This document shows positions 26,468 through 35,833 of a stretch of 50,950 nt of DNA, piece by piece. The notes under the pieces were generated by a model. That model did no database searches, was not told the DNA's origin, and saw only the letters and a program-made list of their open reading frames with translations. Position numbers and translations under genes: made by a program. The stretch covers positions 1-50,950 of the IMG/VR virus record IMGVR_UViG_3300025160_000002, one strand, 5' to 3'. Every line of letters begins with the position of its first letter. Position 1 is the first letter of the stretch. The DNA comes from a virus (taxonomy: Duplodnaviria > Caudoviricetes).

Positions 26468-27000
26468 AAATTTATAGGGATATAGGTATTAAAAACGACA
26501 GGGCTGGACGACCTAGATACTTTGTATCTTATATATGTCCTAATTGTAAAAAAGAAATAGAAGTTCGCAAAGAAACATTATATAAAAATAAAACTGGTTG
26601 TTGTAGACCTTGTAAAAATAAATTAGCTAGTGGGACTAACTCTCCTGTTTGGCAGGGATATAAAACCATTCCTCAAAGTATATTTTACAGAATTACAAAC
26701 GGTGCACGACACAGGAATATAGAGATAGCTATCTCTATTAAGGATGTATATAAACAATGGAGCAAACAAAAAGGTAGATGTTATTATACAAATATAATAC
26801 TTGGGTTTAATGCTCGTGGTAAAAGTGAATTTACATCCGCGTCATTAGATAGGGTAAATAATGCTTTAGGGTATACTAAAGATAATATAGTGTGGGTTCA
26901 TAAAGATATCAACAGGATGAAGTCTACATTAACACATAATAGGTTCGTTGAATTATGTAGTTTAGTAAAAACTACGTGGGAAGTAAAAGATCAATCCTAA
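26458..27000 (+). CDS. Free-standing HNH-like endonuclease
   Basis: QKGRCYYT, SLDRVNNALGYTKDNIVWVHKDINRMKS. Confidence 0.82.
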   Translation: MALKIYRDIGIKNDRAGRPRYFVSYICPNCKKEIEVRKETLYKNKTGCCRPCKNKLASGTNSPVWQGYKTIPQSIFYRITNGARHRNIEIAISIKDVYKQWSKQKGRCYYTNIILGFNARGKSEFTSASLDRVNNALGYTKDNIVWVHKDINRMKSTLTHNRFVELCSLVKTTWEVKDQS

Positions 27001-27012
27001 TTGGAGATAAAC

Positions 27013-27258
27013 ATGGCAACGGTAGAAGATACGATAGTAAAAGAAGTGATGAAAAAGGCAGTTAAAGGAATAGATTTAAATGCGTTAGCTGTAAAACTAC
27101 AACCTAAAATAGAGCAAGAAATTATAGCTGCTGTATTTATGGTGTTAAAGGACGAGCAACCTTTTTATGACGCTGTAAATAACTTTTTGGAGAGCAAAGT
27201 ATTTACTGCTGTAGTAGAAACGAAACTAAAACAAGCATTCGGAGTTACCCAATCATGA
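27013..27258 (+). CDS. Hypothetical protein
   Basis: GGAG RBS before ATG 27013. Confidence 0.7.
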   Translation: MATVEDTIVKEVMKKAVKGIDLNALAVKLQPKIEQEIIAAVFMVLKDEQPFYDAVNNFLESKVFTAVVETKLKQAFGVTQS

Positions 27259-27818
27259 GTGATATTATTAAAGGTGTAGTTGAAGCAGTTAATAGAGTTG
27301 ATGGACCAAAGGTCGGGGATAAACCTAAATGGAAAAAGGTTTCTATTAAACTAAAGGGTGAATGGTATGGAGGTTTTCTTAACTCAAATGATACGGATGA
27401 TCGTAACAAAGTAGCAGAAGGGGATGCTGTAATATTATCATTTGTTAAGAATGGACGCTATATGAATATAGAAGAACTTAAAATTGACACGTCTGTTCCA
27501 AAGGTTGTGGCACCAGAAGCCAAAGTAGCAGTAGTTACTACAGAATATGTACCATCTAACATTCGAGATATCCGTATAACTGTAGCCGGTTCTCGTAATG
27601 CTGCTCTTGAGTTTATCCGGTTAGCTTTAGATAAGGAAGTAATTACTCTTAAAGCGAAGAAAGTGGGGGATCGCGTAGATGAACTATTAGATCATGTTAA
27701 TTATTTTACTGAGGTTTTTGCTAAGCAAACACTTAATGCGACAGATGTAGCGTTGCTAGGTGCTAACTCAAATAAAAACACTACTGAAAAGGAAGCTGAT
27801 GACAGTTATACTGAGTAA
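27255..27818 (+). CDS. Putative single-stranded DNA-binding protein
   Basis: OB-like N-terminus (GEWYGG), acidic tail, position between polymerase and exonuclease. Confidence 0.55.
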   Translation: MSDIIKGVVEAVNRVDGPKVGDKPKWKKVSIKLKGEWYGGFLNSNDTDDRNKVAEGDAVILSFVKNGRYMNIEELKIDTSVPKVVAPEAKVAVVTTEYVPSNIRDIRITVAGSRNAALEFIRLALDKEVITLKAKKVGDRVDELLDHVNYFTEVFAKQTLNATDVALLGANSNKNTTEKEADDSYTE

Positions 27819-28080
27819 TAAATATAGTAATAAAGCAACTGGATGCCCATTTCGTGTTATTAATAACACGGAGAATTTCGCTTTAGTCTTTGATGAAGAT
27901 GCTGATCCTCTTGATTTAAAAGATCCATTTTATTATATTGTTTATTTGCCAACACAAAAAGTAGAGTTTGCTACTCAGTCTATTAGAGAAGCACAAATGT
28001 CTTTGTCTGTATTAGAGGAAACTTTACAAGCATTGAAGCATACAGTAGTCAAACCAGAAGTAGTTCCTACTATTAATTAA
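27799..28080 (+). CDS. Hypothetical protein
   Basis: AAGGA RBS before ATG 27799. Confidence 0.65.
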   Translation: MTVILSNKYSNKATGCPFRVINNTENFALVFDEDADPLDLKDPFYYIVYLPTQKVEFATQSIREAQMSLSVLEETLQALKHTVVKPEVVPTIN

Positions 28081-28089
28081 GGTATAGAC

Positions 28090-28947
28090 ATGCGGGCAAT
28101 TATTGATTATGATGTACTTTGTTATAGATGCGGGTTCGCTTCCGAACATACGTCGTATAATATCTTAGAGAAAGGTAGCGATATCAAAGTCTATACAGCT
28201 AATTCTATGAAAGAAGTTCATGCGTTTATTGGAGAAAGCCAAGACCTTTATCCAGTAAAACAAGTTACACCAGAACCATTAGCTAATTGCTTGCATTCAG
28301 TTAAAATATCTATACAAAGTATTTTAGATGAGGTTAAAGCTGTATCATTCTCTGGGTATTTAACAGGTAAAGACCAGTTTAGGGAGAAGGTAGCGATGAT
28401 TAAACCTTATAAAGGTAATCGTGATCCTTCTCATAAACCGTTTTATTATAAGGAAATAAAAGAATATCTTATTAACAAATGGAAAGCTCAAGTTATAGAG
28501 TACTATGAAGCAGATGATGCTATGGCCCAAGAACAGTATAAAGATTTTCAACTACATGAAAGAATCTGTGGAGACACAGATACAACTAACTCACCCATAC
28601 TATGTACTATAGATAAAGACTTAAATCAAATACCTGGTTGGCATTATAACTTTGTAAAGAAAGAAACATTTTGGGTAACAGAAGATGCAGCTTTGAGATT
28701 TTTTTATGAGCAATTAATAGCGGGCGATCCAACAGATAATATACCAGGAATCCCTGGGTATGGACCAAAGAAAGCTGCAAAAGCTATACTTAACTGCACA
28801 ACAGGACTAGATATGTACACTACAGCAGTAGCATTATACACTGCTCACTTCCATGATGAGGTTATAGCACACGAAGCATTACATGACACTGCTAGATTAG
28901 TTTACATAATTAAAGAAAAGGGTATTGAGTGGGACCCTCCTGTATAA
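28090..28947 (+). CDS. 5'-3' exonuclease (T7 gp6/FEN-like)
   Basis: IIDYD, YKGNR, EADD, IDKDL, GDPTDNIPGIPGYGPKKA. Confidence 0.93.
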   Translation: MRAIIDYDVLCYRCGFASEHTSYNILEKGSDIKVYTANSMKEVHAFIGESQDLYPVKQVTPEPLANCLHSVKISIQSILDEVKAVSFSGYLTGKDQFREKVAMIKPYKGNRDPSHKPFYYKEIKEYLINKWKAQVIEYYEADDAMAQEQYKDFQLHERICGDTDTTNSPILCTIDKDLNQIPGWHYNFVKKETFWVTEDAALRFFYEQLIAGDPTDNIPGIPGYGPKKAAKAILNCTTGLDMYTTAVALYTAHFHDEVIAHEALHDTARLVYIIKEKGIEWDPPV

Positions 28948-29129
28948 TGAGTAAAACTAGAAAAGCTTATTCTAAAAAAGAATTAAGGTTAGATGAGGTA
29001 GTGAGAAAACCGACTGGATATGAACCGGTGGGATTGAAATTATGTCCTAGTTGTAGGGGGGCTTGTAATTATATAGATAAGCATACCCTACTAGTATGTG
29101 GTAGGTGTAAAGGTACTGGAGTAATTTAA
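28947..29129 (+). CDS. Small Zn-finger protein
   Basis: CPSCRG...CGRCKGTG. Confidence 0.6.
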   Translation: MSKTRKAYSKKELRLDEVVRKPTGYEPVGLKLCPSCRGACNYIDKHTLLVCGRCKGTGVI

Positions 29130-29477
29130 ATGACAGAGGTAGACCCGAATGGTTTGGAACTCAAAGCCCCTGGCGCAAAAGCTGATGCCGGAAAAGCTCC
29201 TATCTTCCGAGGATTGTTGGATTACTTTCCGAGAGCTTGTTTACAAGTGGCCTTGGTTAGCCAACGAGGGGCTTTTAAATACAGTTGGAAAGGATGGGAG
29301 AATGTCCCTGATGGCATTAATAGGTATAACGACGCTCTTGGACGTCACATTGCCTATGAATCAATTGAAGGACCGATTGACAGAGATACAGGATTATTGC
29401 ATGCAGCTCAAGTTGCATGGAATGCGTTAGCCCGCTTAGAACTAATACTTCGAGAGGCAGAAAATGAACCGAAATAA
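29130..29477 (+). CDS. dATP/dGTP diphosphohydrolase N-terminal domain (DUF5664-like)
   Basis: GAKADAGK, GAFKYSWKGW, RYNDALGRH, DTGLLHAAQVAWNAL. Confidence 0.85.
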   Translation: MTEVDPNGLELKAPGAKADAGKAPIFRGLLDYFPRACLQVALVSQRGAFKYSWKGWENVPDGINRYNDALGRHIAYESIEGPIDRDTGLLHAAQVAWNALARLELILREAENEPK

Positions 29478-29637
29478 TACACCCGTCGTACACGACGAAC
29501 GAGAGAATTATTATTTAATGAGAGATATGCTGTACAGTAGATTTGAGTTAAAAGTCTATAAACCGTTAACCTTTAGCGATGAGTTTGATATTGCTTCTAA
29601 ATTGAATACGTTCTTTAGAGATATAAATGTCAAGTAA
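29464..29637 (+). CDS. Small hypothetical protein (57 aa, below cutoff)
   Basis: GAGG RBS; fills the gap between neighbours. Confidence 0.5.
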   Translation: MNRNNTPVVHDERENYYLMRDMLYSRFELKVYKPLTFSDEFDIASKLNTFFRDINVK

Positions 29638-29950
29638 ATCGAAGATCAAAGGCTACCATTATGAAGTATCAGTTAGAGATAAACTATTGGCTGAGGGTAT
29701 TCCTGCTGAACGTGTTATTGGATCAGGTATGTTTGGTGGTAAGTACACCGGTGATGTCGTTATACCAAACATTGAACATCCCGAATTTGTCTGCGAATGC
29801 AAAAAAAGAAAAGATGGGGCAGGGTTTGTAGTCTTAGAGAAGTGGATGAAAGATAAAGATGTTATGTTTTTAGCACGTGATAGGCAAGAATCAATGGTAG
29901 TGCTTAGTTGGACTACTTATATAAAGTTAATGAAGAAATTTTATGAATAA
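29627..29950 (+). CDS. Holliday junction resolvase-like PD-(D/E)xK nuclease
   Basis: KSKIKGYHYE, GDV, ECKKRK. Confidence 0.82.
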   Translation: MSSKSKIKGYHYEVSVRDKLLAEGIPAERVIGSGMFGGKYTGDVVIPNIEHPEFVCECKKRKDGAGFVVLEKWMKDKDVMFLARDRQESMVVLSWTTYIKLMKKFYE

Positions 29951-30152
29951 AGATGGTGAATTCATATATACTAATCTATCTCCACATGGATGTAGAGATT
30001 GTGGGGAAATAAATAAAGATTATACTGGGGCGTTAACTGGTAGAAAGATATGTTCTGAATGCGGAGGTCTAGTATTAAATCTTCAAGAAGCATTTGATTA
30101 CATAATGCAGTTACATGCGTCTATGGACGGTGCGATGGATAAAGAATGGTAA
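29943..30152 (+). CDS. Zn-ribbon hypothetical protein
   Basis: CRDC...CSECGG. Confidence 0.65.
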   Translation: MNKDGEFIYTNLSPHGCRDCGEINKDYTGALTGRKICSECGGLVLNLQEAFDYIMQLHASMDGAMDKEW

Positions 30153-30925
30153 ATAAACATACAGTTATACCTGATGGCCAGGTAAAGCCAGGAGTATCCT
30201 TAGATCATTGGAAATGGGCTGGAGAATATATTGCAACTAAACATCCAGATACTATTATTAATATTGGGGATTTTGCAGATATGCATTCTCTTAGTTCTTA
30301 TGATATAGGACAGAAAGTCTATGAGGGAAGGACTTATAAAGCGGATATAGAAGCAGCACATTATGCTATGGAGTTGTTTATGACTCCTATAGTTAAAGAA
30401 ATTAAACGCCTACGTTCTAATCGTAAGAAGCAATGGAATCCTAGACTTGTTATTACTCTTGGTAATCATGAAGATCGTATTACTAGAGCTATAGAAGCAG
30501 ATCGTAAACTTGAGGGAACTATTAGTCTTGATGACTTACCTTATAAAAAATGGGGATATGAAGTAATTCCTTTTAAAGAACCAATTAATCTGGATGGAAT
30601 TATGTATTGCCATTATTTTACAACGGGTGTTATGGGTAGACCTGTTACATCTGCTAGAGCACTAACAATTAAGAAACATCAATCTTGTGTGATGGGGCAT
30701 AACCCTGCTACTGAAATTGATATGTCCCAAGTCAGGGCAGACGGCACACCTCTAATTAGTATTTTTGCTGGAGCATTCTATGCTCATCAAGAAGAGTATT
30801 TAGGAGTGCAGGGTAATCCAGTACATAGGCAGATATGGATGTTACATGAAGTACAAGATGGATTCTTTTATCCTATGGCTGTAAGTTTAGAATATTTACG
30901 CAAGAGGTACGGAGAACATAATTAA
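30146..30925 (+). CDS. Metallophosphoesterase
   Basis: IPD, IGDFAD, LGNHE, YCHY, MGH. Confidence 0.88.
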   Translation: MVNKHTVIPDGQVKPGVSLDHWKWAGEYIATKHPDTIINIGDFADMHSLSSYDIGQKVYEGRTYKADIEAAHYAMELFMTPIVKEIKRLRSNRKKQWNPRLVITLGNHEDRITRAIEADRKLEGTISLDDLPYKKWGYEVIPFKEPINLDGIMYCHYFTTGVMGRPVTSARALTIKKHQSCVMGHNPATEIDMSQVRADGTPLISIFAGAFYAHQEEYLGVQGNPVHRQIWMLHEVQDGFFYPMAVSLEYLRKRYGEHN

Positions 30926-31206
30926 TGCCTTACAAAACTGAAGAATTCCCAGAAGGTACACAACTGATTAAACCTGATGGTAGTGCTTATATCTTTGTTA
31001 AAGTTGTAGAACCTTTAGAAAAAAGTGTGTATGTAGACCTTAATCAATTAGGACATGCTATGAATTTTAAAGGTATGGGTGCTCGCTTTCCTCAAGCATT
31101 AACTACAGAAATAGTACCTCATAACTGGTATACATTTGTAATGGTACGGCCACCACAACCACGTCAACCAAATGAACCAAAAGTATTACTTACCAACACC
31201 AAGTAA
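30925..31206 (+). CDS. Hypothetical protein
   Basis: GGAG RBS; packed. Confidence 0.65.
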   Translation: MPYKTEEFPEGTQLIKPDGSAYIFVKVVEPLEKSVYVDLNQLGHAMNFKGMGARFPQALTTEIVPHNWYTFVMVRPPQPRQPNEPKVLLTNTK

Positions 31207-31642
31207 GTGGGATTTAAGATTTCTAGAACTAGCTAAACTAGTAGCTACATGGTCTCGTGATCCGAGCACACAGGTAGGAGCAGTCATAGTTAGACCTGAT
31301 AAGACTATATGTTCTGTAGGGTTTAATGGATTCCCTAAAAAAATGTTAGATGCAGAATATCTATATAACAACAGAGACGAAAAATATGGTCGTATTATAC
31401 ACGGAGAAATGAATGCTCTTTTACACACAAATGAAAAGGTTACTGGTTATACTTTGTATACGTGGCCTTTTTTACCTTGTGAAAGGTGCGTTGTTCATAT
31501 GGCACAAGCTGGTATAACAACTGTAGTAAGTTACATATGCCCTCAAGAGAAAGAAGATAGATGGGCACAGTCGTTATTTAATACTAGATTATATTGTTTT
31601 GAAATGGGTATTAATCTAATAGAATATGACAACCATACTTGA
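31172..31642 (+). CDS. dCMP deaminase
   Basis: SRDPSTQVGAVIV, GFNGFP, HGEMNA, PCERC. Confidence 0.92.
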   Translation: MNQKYYLPTPSKWDLRFLELAKLVATWSRDPSTQVGAVIVRPDKTICSVGFNGFPKKMLDAEYLYNNRDEKYGRIIHGEMNALLHTNEKVTGYTLYTWPFLPCERCVVHMAQAGITTVVSYICPQEKEDRWAQSLFNTRLYCFEMGINLIEYDNHT

Positions 31643-32582
31643 GAATACTAAGTTAGATTTTGATGATGTCTTGCTTGTACCTAAGCGTTCAGACATATCT
31701 AGTAGATCAGAAGTAGTACTAAAGAGACATTTTAAATTTAAATACGCTTCATATAATATAGATTGTGTTCCGATTATTGCAGCTAATATGGATAATATAG
31801 GAACTCATAAAGTTGCTAGTGTATTCGATAACTATTCCATGCTTGTTGCGTTTTCAAAGTTTATTGATATAGGCCCGAACTATCATCCACATTTTCAATC
31901 TGTAGGTATAGGCGAAAAACTCCCTACTAGTCTCCACCCCTATACTGATATATGTATTGATGTTGCTAATGGGTACACTGCTAAGTTTGCTGATTATGTA
32001 TCACAGGTAAGAGATTGTTATCCAGATAAAGTGATAATGGCGGGTAATGTAGTTACCCCAGATATGGTATACCACTTAATAGAAAAAGGAGCAGATATTG
32101 TCAAAATTGGGATTGGTCCAGGTTCAGTTTGTACCACAAGAAAAGTTACTGGGGTTGGTTACCCCCAGTTCTCTGCTATTCTCGAATGTGTTGATGCTGC
32201 TCACGGAGCAGGGGGACATGTATGCAGCGATGGAGGTATCAAAACTCCTGGAGACTTTGCCAAAGCTTTTGGGGCAGGAGCAGACTTCGTAATGGCTGGA
32301 GGTATATTTGCTGGAACTGATGAAACAGGAACTGAATTATATGGCATGGCTTCAGAGGCTGCCAGGAAGCTACACTACGACCATCCAGGGGCTTACAGAG
32401 CTGCTGAGGGGAAGGTAGTTAGGGTTACCCCAAAGGGTCCACTAAAGAATGTCGTAGAAGAGATCCTAGGAGGTTTGAGGAGTGCGGGAACGTATATTGG
32501 TGCAAAGTGCATAAAAGATTTTCCAAAGTGTGCAACATTTGTTAGGGTAAATAATACACACAATACACTATATGGCAACTGA
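31626..32582 (+). CDS. guaC: GMP reductase
   Basis: LDFDDVLLVPKRS, PIIAANMD, IDVANGY, KIGIGPGSVCTTR, YGMAS, YRAAEGK. Confidence 0.92.
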   Translation: MTTILENTKLDFDDVLLVPKRSDISSRSEVVLKRHFKFKYASYNIDCVPIIAANMDNIGTHKVASVFDNYSMLVAFSKFIDIGPNYHPHFQSVGIGEKLPTSLHPYTDICIDVANGYTAKFADYVSQVRDCYPDKVIMAGNVVTPDMVYHLIEKGADIVKIGIGPGSVCTTRKVTGVGYPQFSAILECVDAAHGAGGHVCSDGGIKTPGDFAKAFGAGADFVMAGGIFAGTDETGTELYGMASEAARKLHYDHPGAYRAAEGKVVRVTPKGPLKNVVEEILGGLRSAGTYIGAKCIKDFPKCATFVRVNNTHNTLYGN

Positions 32583-33264
32583 AATTAAGGTACTAGATCA
32601 TGGGTATGTTAGACTCTTTGAATCTATGGGTAATGATCTTTCTATTGTTCGTAATGCTCGGGTATCATATAATACTGAGTGGAGAACGGGTGAAGATGCT
32701 GGTAAAGATGAAAAGTTAATCCGCTATCTACTTAATAATAAACATACTTCCCCTTTTGAATCTGTAGTATTTACCTTTGATATTAAGTGTCCTATATTTA
32801 TTGCTCGTCAATGGCATCGTCACCGCACTTGGTCTTATAATGAAATAAGTGCTAGGTATACTGAAGTACTAGACGACTATTATATACCAGAACCCGAGAA
32901 TATAGGTGTACAATCTAAAGATAATAAACAGGCTCGTAATGTGAATGAAGGTTTAGATATTCTAACTGTAGCAGATATACGTTATAAATTAATTCAGGAG
33001 TCTAGAGCAGCTTATCTCCAATATGGATCATTACTACGATTAGGATGTCCTAGAGAATTAGCTCGTAGTATTTTACCTCTTAATATGTATACACATTTCT
33101 TTGGTACAGTAGACTTACATAACCTGTTACATTTTATTAAATTACGTAGTCATTCTCATGCACAATGGGAAATTCAGCAGTATAGTAATGCTTTACTAGA
33201 ACTTATAACTCCAATTGTTCCAGTAACAATAGCAGTGTTTAAGGAGTATTGTAATGCAGATTGA
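32572..33264 (+). CDS. thyX: Flavin-dependent thymidylate synthase
   Basis: ARVSY, HTSPFE, RQWHRHRTWSYNEISARY, RELARSILP, HAQWEI. Confidence 0.96.
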   Translation: MATEIKVLDHGYVRLFESMGNDLSIVRNARVSYNTEWRTGEDAGKDEKLIRYLLNNKHTSPFESVVFTFDIKCPIFIARQWHRHRTWSYNEISARYTEVLDDYYIPEPENIGVQSKDNKQARNVNEGLDILTVADIRYKLIQESRAAYLQYGSLLRLGCPRELARSILPLNMYTHFFGTVDLHNLLHFIKLRSHSHAQWEIQQYSNALLELITPIVPVTIAVFKEYCNAD

Positions 33265-33276
33265 GGAGAAGCTGAA

Positions 33277-33504
33277 ATGATGTACATCTGCCAATATTGC
33301 GGGATGGCTCACGAGTCTATCGGGCTTTGCCCGCGCATACAGACAATAACCTACTACAAAGACGGGACAGTTCATTCGGTGACGCTTTTTTCAGCCGATG
33401 CAGGGGTATTGGAGCTAACAAAACCACAGGTTGAGTGCTTGAAGTGCGAAAAATGTGGGCACCGTATCAGCGCCCCTAACGCAAAGGTGAGCCGCGATGC
33501 ATAG
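33277..33504 (+). CDS. Zn-binding hypothetical protein
   Basis: GAGGAG RBS; CQYCG..H..CP and CEKCG. Confidence 0.7.
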   Translation: MMYICQYCGMAHESIGLCPRIQTITYYKDGTVHSVTLFSADAGVLELTKPQVECLKCEKCGHRISAPNAKVSRDA

Positions 33505-33599
33505 TGATGAAAATGGCTGGATAGAAAGTATACAGTTGGTATGCAACTGGGTTATATGGATGGGTTGGTTCTTTTTGGGGTATTTCCTAGGTACATTAC

Positions 33600-34163
33600 A
33601 TGAGTAAGCCCGAATACTGTGTATGTGGTTCACCAGTACCTAAAACTAAAATTAGACCCCAAGGTGGGGGGGCAAGAAGAATATATTGTTCTAAAAACTG
33701 CGCGGCTCGTGACTGGGCTCATAATAATAAAGAAAAAACACGCGCATCTAAACTTACGTACGCTAATAAAACAGAATCAAAAACAAAGAAGCGTACGTAC
33801 CAAAGGCAGAGAAAGCCTTGGTTACGAATTACTCCTGAATATAAACTTTACAATAATGCTAGGACCAGAGCGAGAGCAAAAAATCTTGAGTTTTCAATTG
33901 AAGTAAAAGACATTAACATCCCTAATAAATGCCCATTATTGAATATTCCTATTATTATAAATAATACAAAAATCGTTACTCCGAATAGCCCTTCCCTCGA
34001 CCGTATAAATTCGCTGAAGGGTTACACACCAAATAATATTTGGGTAATTAGTCATAGAGCTAATACTGCCAAAAGTAATTTGTCTCTACAAGAATTAAAA
34101 ATGCTTGCAGACAGTCTTGAACAAATCCTTATCCAGAGGTATATTAATGACACAGGTCGATAA
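33600..34163 (+). CDS. Free-standing HNH-like endonuclease
   Basis: CPLLNIP, PSLDRINSLKGYTPNNIWVISHRANTAKS. Confidence 0.82.
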   Translation: MSKPEYCVCGSPVPKTKIRPQGGGARRIYCSKNCAARDWAHNNKEKTRASKLTYANKTESKTKKRTYQRQRKPWLRITPEYKLYNNARTRARAKNLEFSIEVKDINIPNKCPLLNIPIIINNTKIVTPNSPSLDRINSLKGYTPNNIWVISHRANTAKSNLSLQELKMLADSLEQILIQRYINDTGR

Positions 34164-34584
34164 ACTATCTATATACTTAATAGGTGCGCTGGCTAATCCT
34201 GAGATACCTCATATAGCAACTAAATTAAGAAGTGAAGGTTTTGATGTTTTTGATGACTGGTGGTCTGCCGGACCTTTAGCAGATTCATATCTTTTAGACT
34301 ATGCTAAAAAACGAAATTTAAATTATAAGGCGGCTCTACAAACTTATGCAGCAAAGCATATCTTTGAATTTGATAAACTCCATCTGGATAGATGTGATAC
34401 AGCAATTATGGTTATGAAAGCAGGGAAAAGTGCTCATCTTGAGCTAGGGTATGCTGCTGGAAGAGGTAAAAAAACTTATATTCTTTTTGATAAAGAACCT
34501 TCAAGAGTAGATATTATGTACCAGTTTGCTAATAATATATTTTTTAATGTAGAAGAACTTATAGATGAACTCAAGAAACTTTAA
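34147..34584 (+). CDS. Nucleoside 2-deoxyribosyltransferase-like protein
   Basis: IYLIG, FDKLHLDRCD, GKSAHLELGYAAG; start at ATG 34147 after GAGG. Confidence 0.8.
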   Translation: MTQVDKLSIYLIGALANPEIPHIATKLRSEGFDVFDDWWSAGPLADSYLLDYAKKRNLNYKAALQTYAAKHIFEFDKLHLDRCDTAIMVMKAGKSAHLELGYAAGRGKKTYILFDKEPSRVDIMYQFANNIFFNVEELIDELKKL

Positions 34585-34837
34585 GTTAGTTGAGATTTCT
34601 TGGATTGATGCGGAAGCATCTGAAGCGGGATGGTCTGAGGATGATCCTAATGCACCACTAACACTACTTAAAACTTATGGAATTTTGGTTAGACAGGACG
34701 AACATTGGGTAGTGCATGCTTCTACATTTGACCCAGATACAAATAGGTATAGCGAGAAAGCTAAAATCCCTGTAGGCATGATTAAAGGAATTAGAATAAT
34801 AGAAGAAGTAGAGATTCAATTACCTGAACATTTTTAG
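34565..34837 (+). CDS. Hypothetical phage protein
   Basis: LVEISWIDA...IPVGMI; last gene of the plus arm. Confidence 0.75.
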   Translation: MNSRNFKLVEISWIDAEASEAGWSEDDPNAPLTLLKTYGILVRQDEHWVVHASTFDPDTNRYSEKAKIPVGMIKGIRIIEEVEIQLPEHF

Positions 34838-35253
34838 GCATCGCGAGCTACATTTGTTTTCTTTTCATAAGTTCGTAAGCCACTAAGACCTAGCAATCCA
34901 CCAAGCATTGTTATAAGAACACTTACATCTAATACTGGGGGAGCAATCCAACCAAAGTTTAATGAAGCCCAGGCAAGTAATGGTTGTAGAATAAACTGAT
35001 ATGTTAAACCACTACCACAGACCCAACCTACGAAAGGACGCCAGCCAGCTATAAACCAATTTGTGCTTTTAGCTTCTTCTTGATTAATCGTCATTTGCCC
35101 TAGAGCTAATTTAACATCAGCATCTAGTTCCGCTAGTTCTCCATGTTGTTGTAGTTCAATTAGTTTAAGTTGAGCCGCGGCTTTTGCTGATGGATCAGGA
35201 ATGACTCGATCTAATACTTTTCCAATTAACGGAATAAAAGATAAGAGGCTCAT
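34834..35253 (-). CDS. Holin-like protein (3TM family)
   Basis: WFIAGWRPFVGWVCG, MLGGLLGLSGLRTYEK. Confidence 0.85.
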   Translation of the reverse strand: MSLLSFIPLIGKVLDRVIPDPSAKAAAQLKLIELQQHGELAELDADVKLALGQMTINQEEAKSTNWFIAGWRPFVGWVCGSGLTYQFILQPLLAWASLNFGWIAPPVLDVSVLITMLGGLLGLSGLRTYEKKTNVARDA

Positions 35254-35645
35254 GCTTTGATTGTTACCATAATATTGTCTTCATTCTTTGTTTCATTCAT
35301 AAACATAAGATAAGCTACTTTACTGGAGTAAACGCCCTTTTCTCCTGTAGCACTTAGTCCAAAACTAGAACCAAGTGCTATGCACCCTAATAGCTCAGAT
35401 GGCCAATTAGCTATATGTATTTGGATGTAAGTACGCCCTGGCACCTCATCGAATTGCCATGTATTAGGACCATGTTTAGGACTATTGTACCTACTTAAGG
35501 TGTAAGTACCTTCAGGTATACAAGGATAGTCTGGGTCATTCTTAGAGCGCTCACACGTATAAGCCACATGTGTGCCACCCTCTCTGCCCATTCTACCATA
35601 TGTACCATTATCTTCATATGTTCTGGTTATTAGGTAATGCTTCAC
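35250..35645 (-). CDS. DUF5675-like protein, probable endolysin
   Basis: TYG, TCE, CIPEGTY, VPGRTYIQIHIAN..ELLGCIALG; flanked by membrane genes. Confidence 0.8.
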   Translation of the reverse strand: MKHYLITRTYEDNGTYGRMGREGGTHVAYTCERSKNDPDYPCIPEGTYTLSRYNSPKHGPNTWQFDEVPGRTYIQIHIANWPSELLGCIALGSSFGLSATGEKGVYSSKVAYLMFMNETKNEDNIMVTIKA

Positions 35646-35833
35646 TTTTTATATTTCCACCAAGCATATAGTTGAGTAGCACTCCAAGCTATAGCTAATA
35701 TAGTAGCTATAGCCGTTAACCAAGGTTGAATCCATCCTAACCATCCTACTGTTACTATAGCCCATACACTAACATCAACAGTTTTACTAGTTTGGTGCTG
35801 GACTATATCTTGCATAACTTGTTTAAAGTCCAT
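35642..35833 (-). CDS. Small membrane protein of the lysis cassette
   Basis: Hydrophobic helices and basic C-terminus. Confidence 0.7.
   Translation of the reverse strand: MDFKQVMQDIVQHQTSKTVDVSVWAIVTVGWLGWIQPWLTAIATILAIAWSATQLYAWWKYKK

Noticed and set aside
24674-27000. Group I intron or intein in the polymerase
   Set aside because: All polymerase motifs are present in one uninterrupted ORF; the HNH gene is downstream and no intron core is seen.
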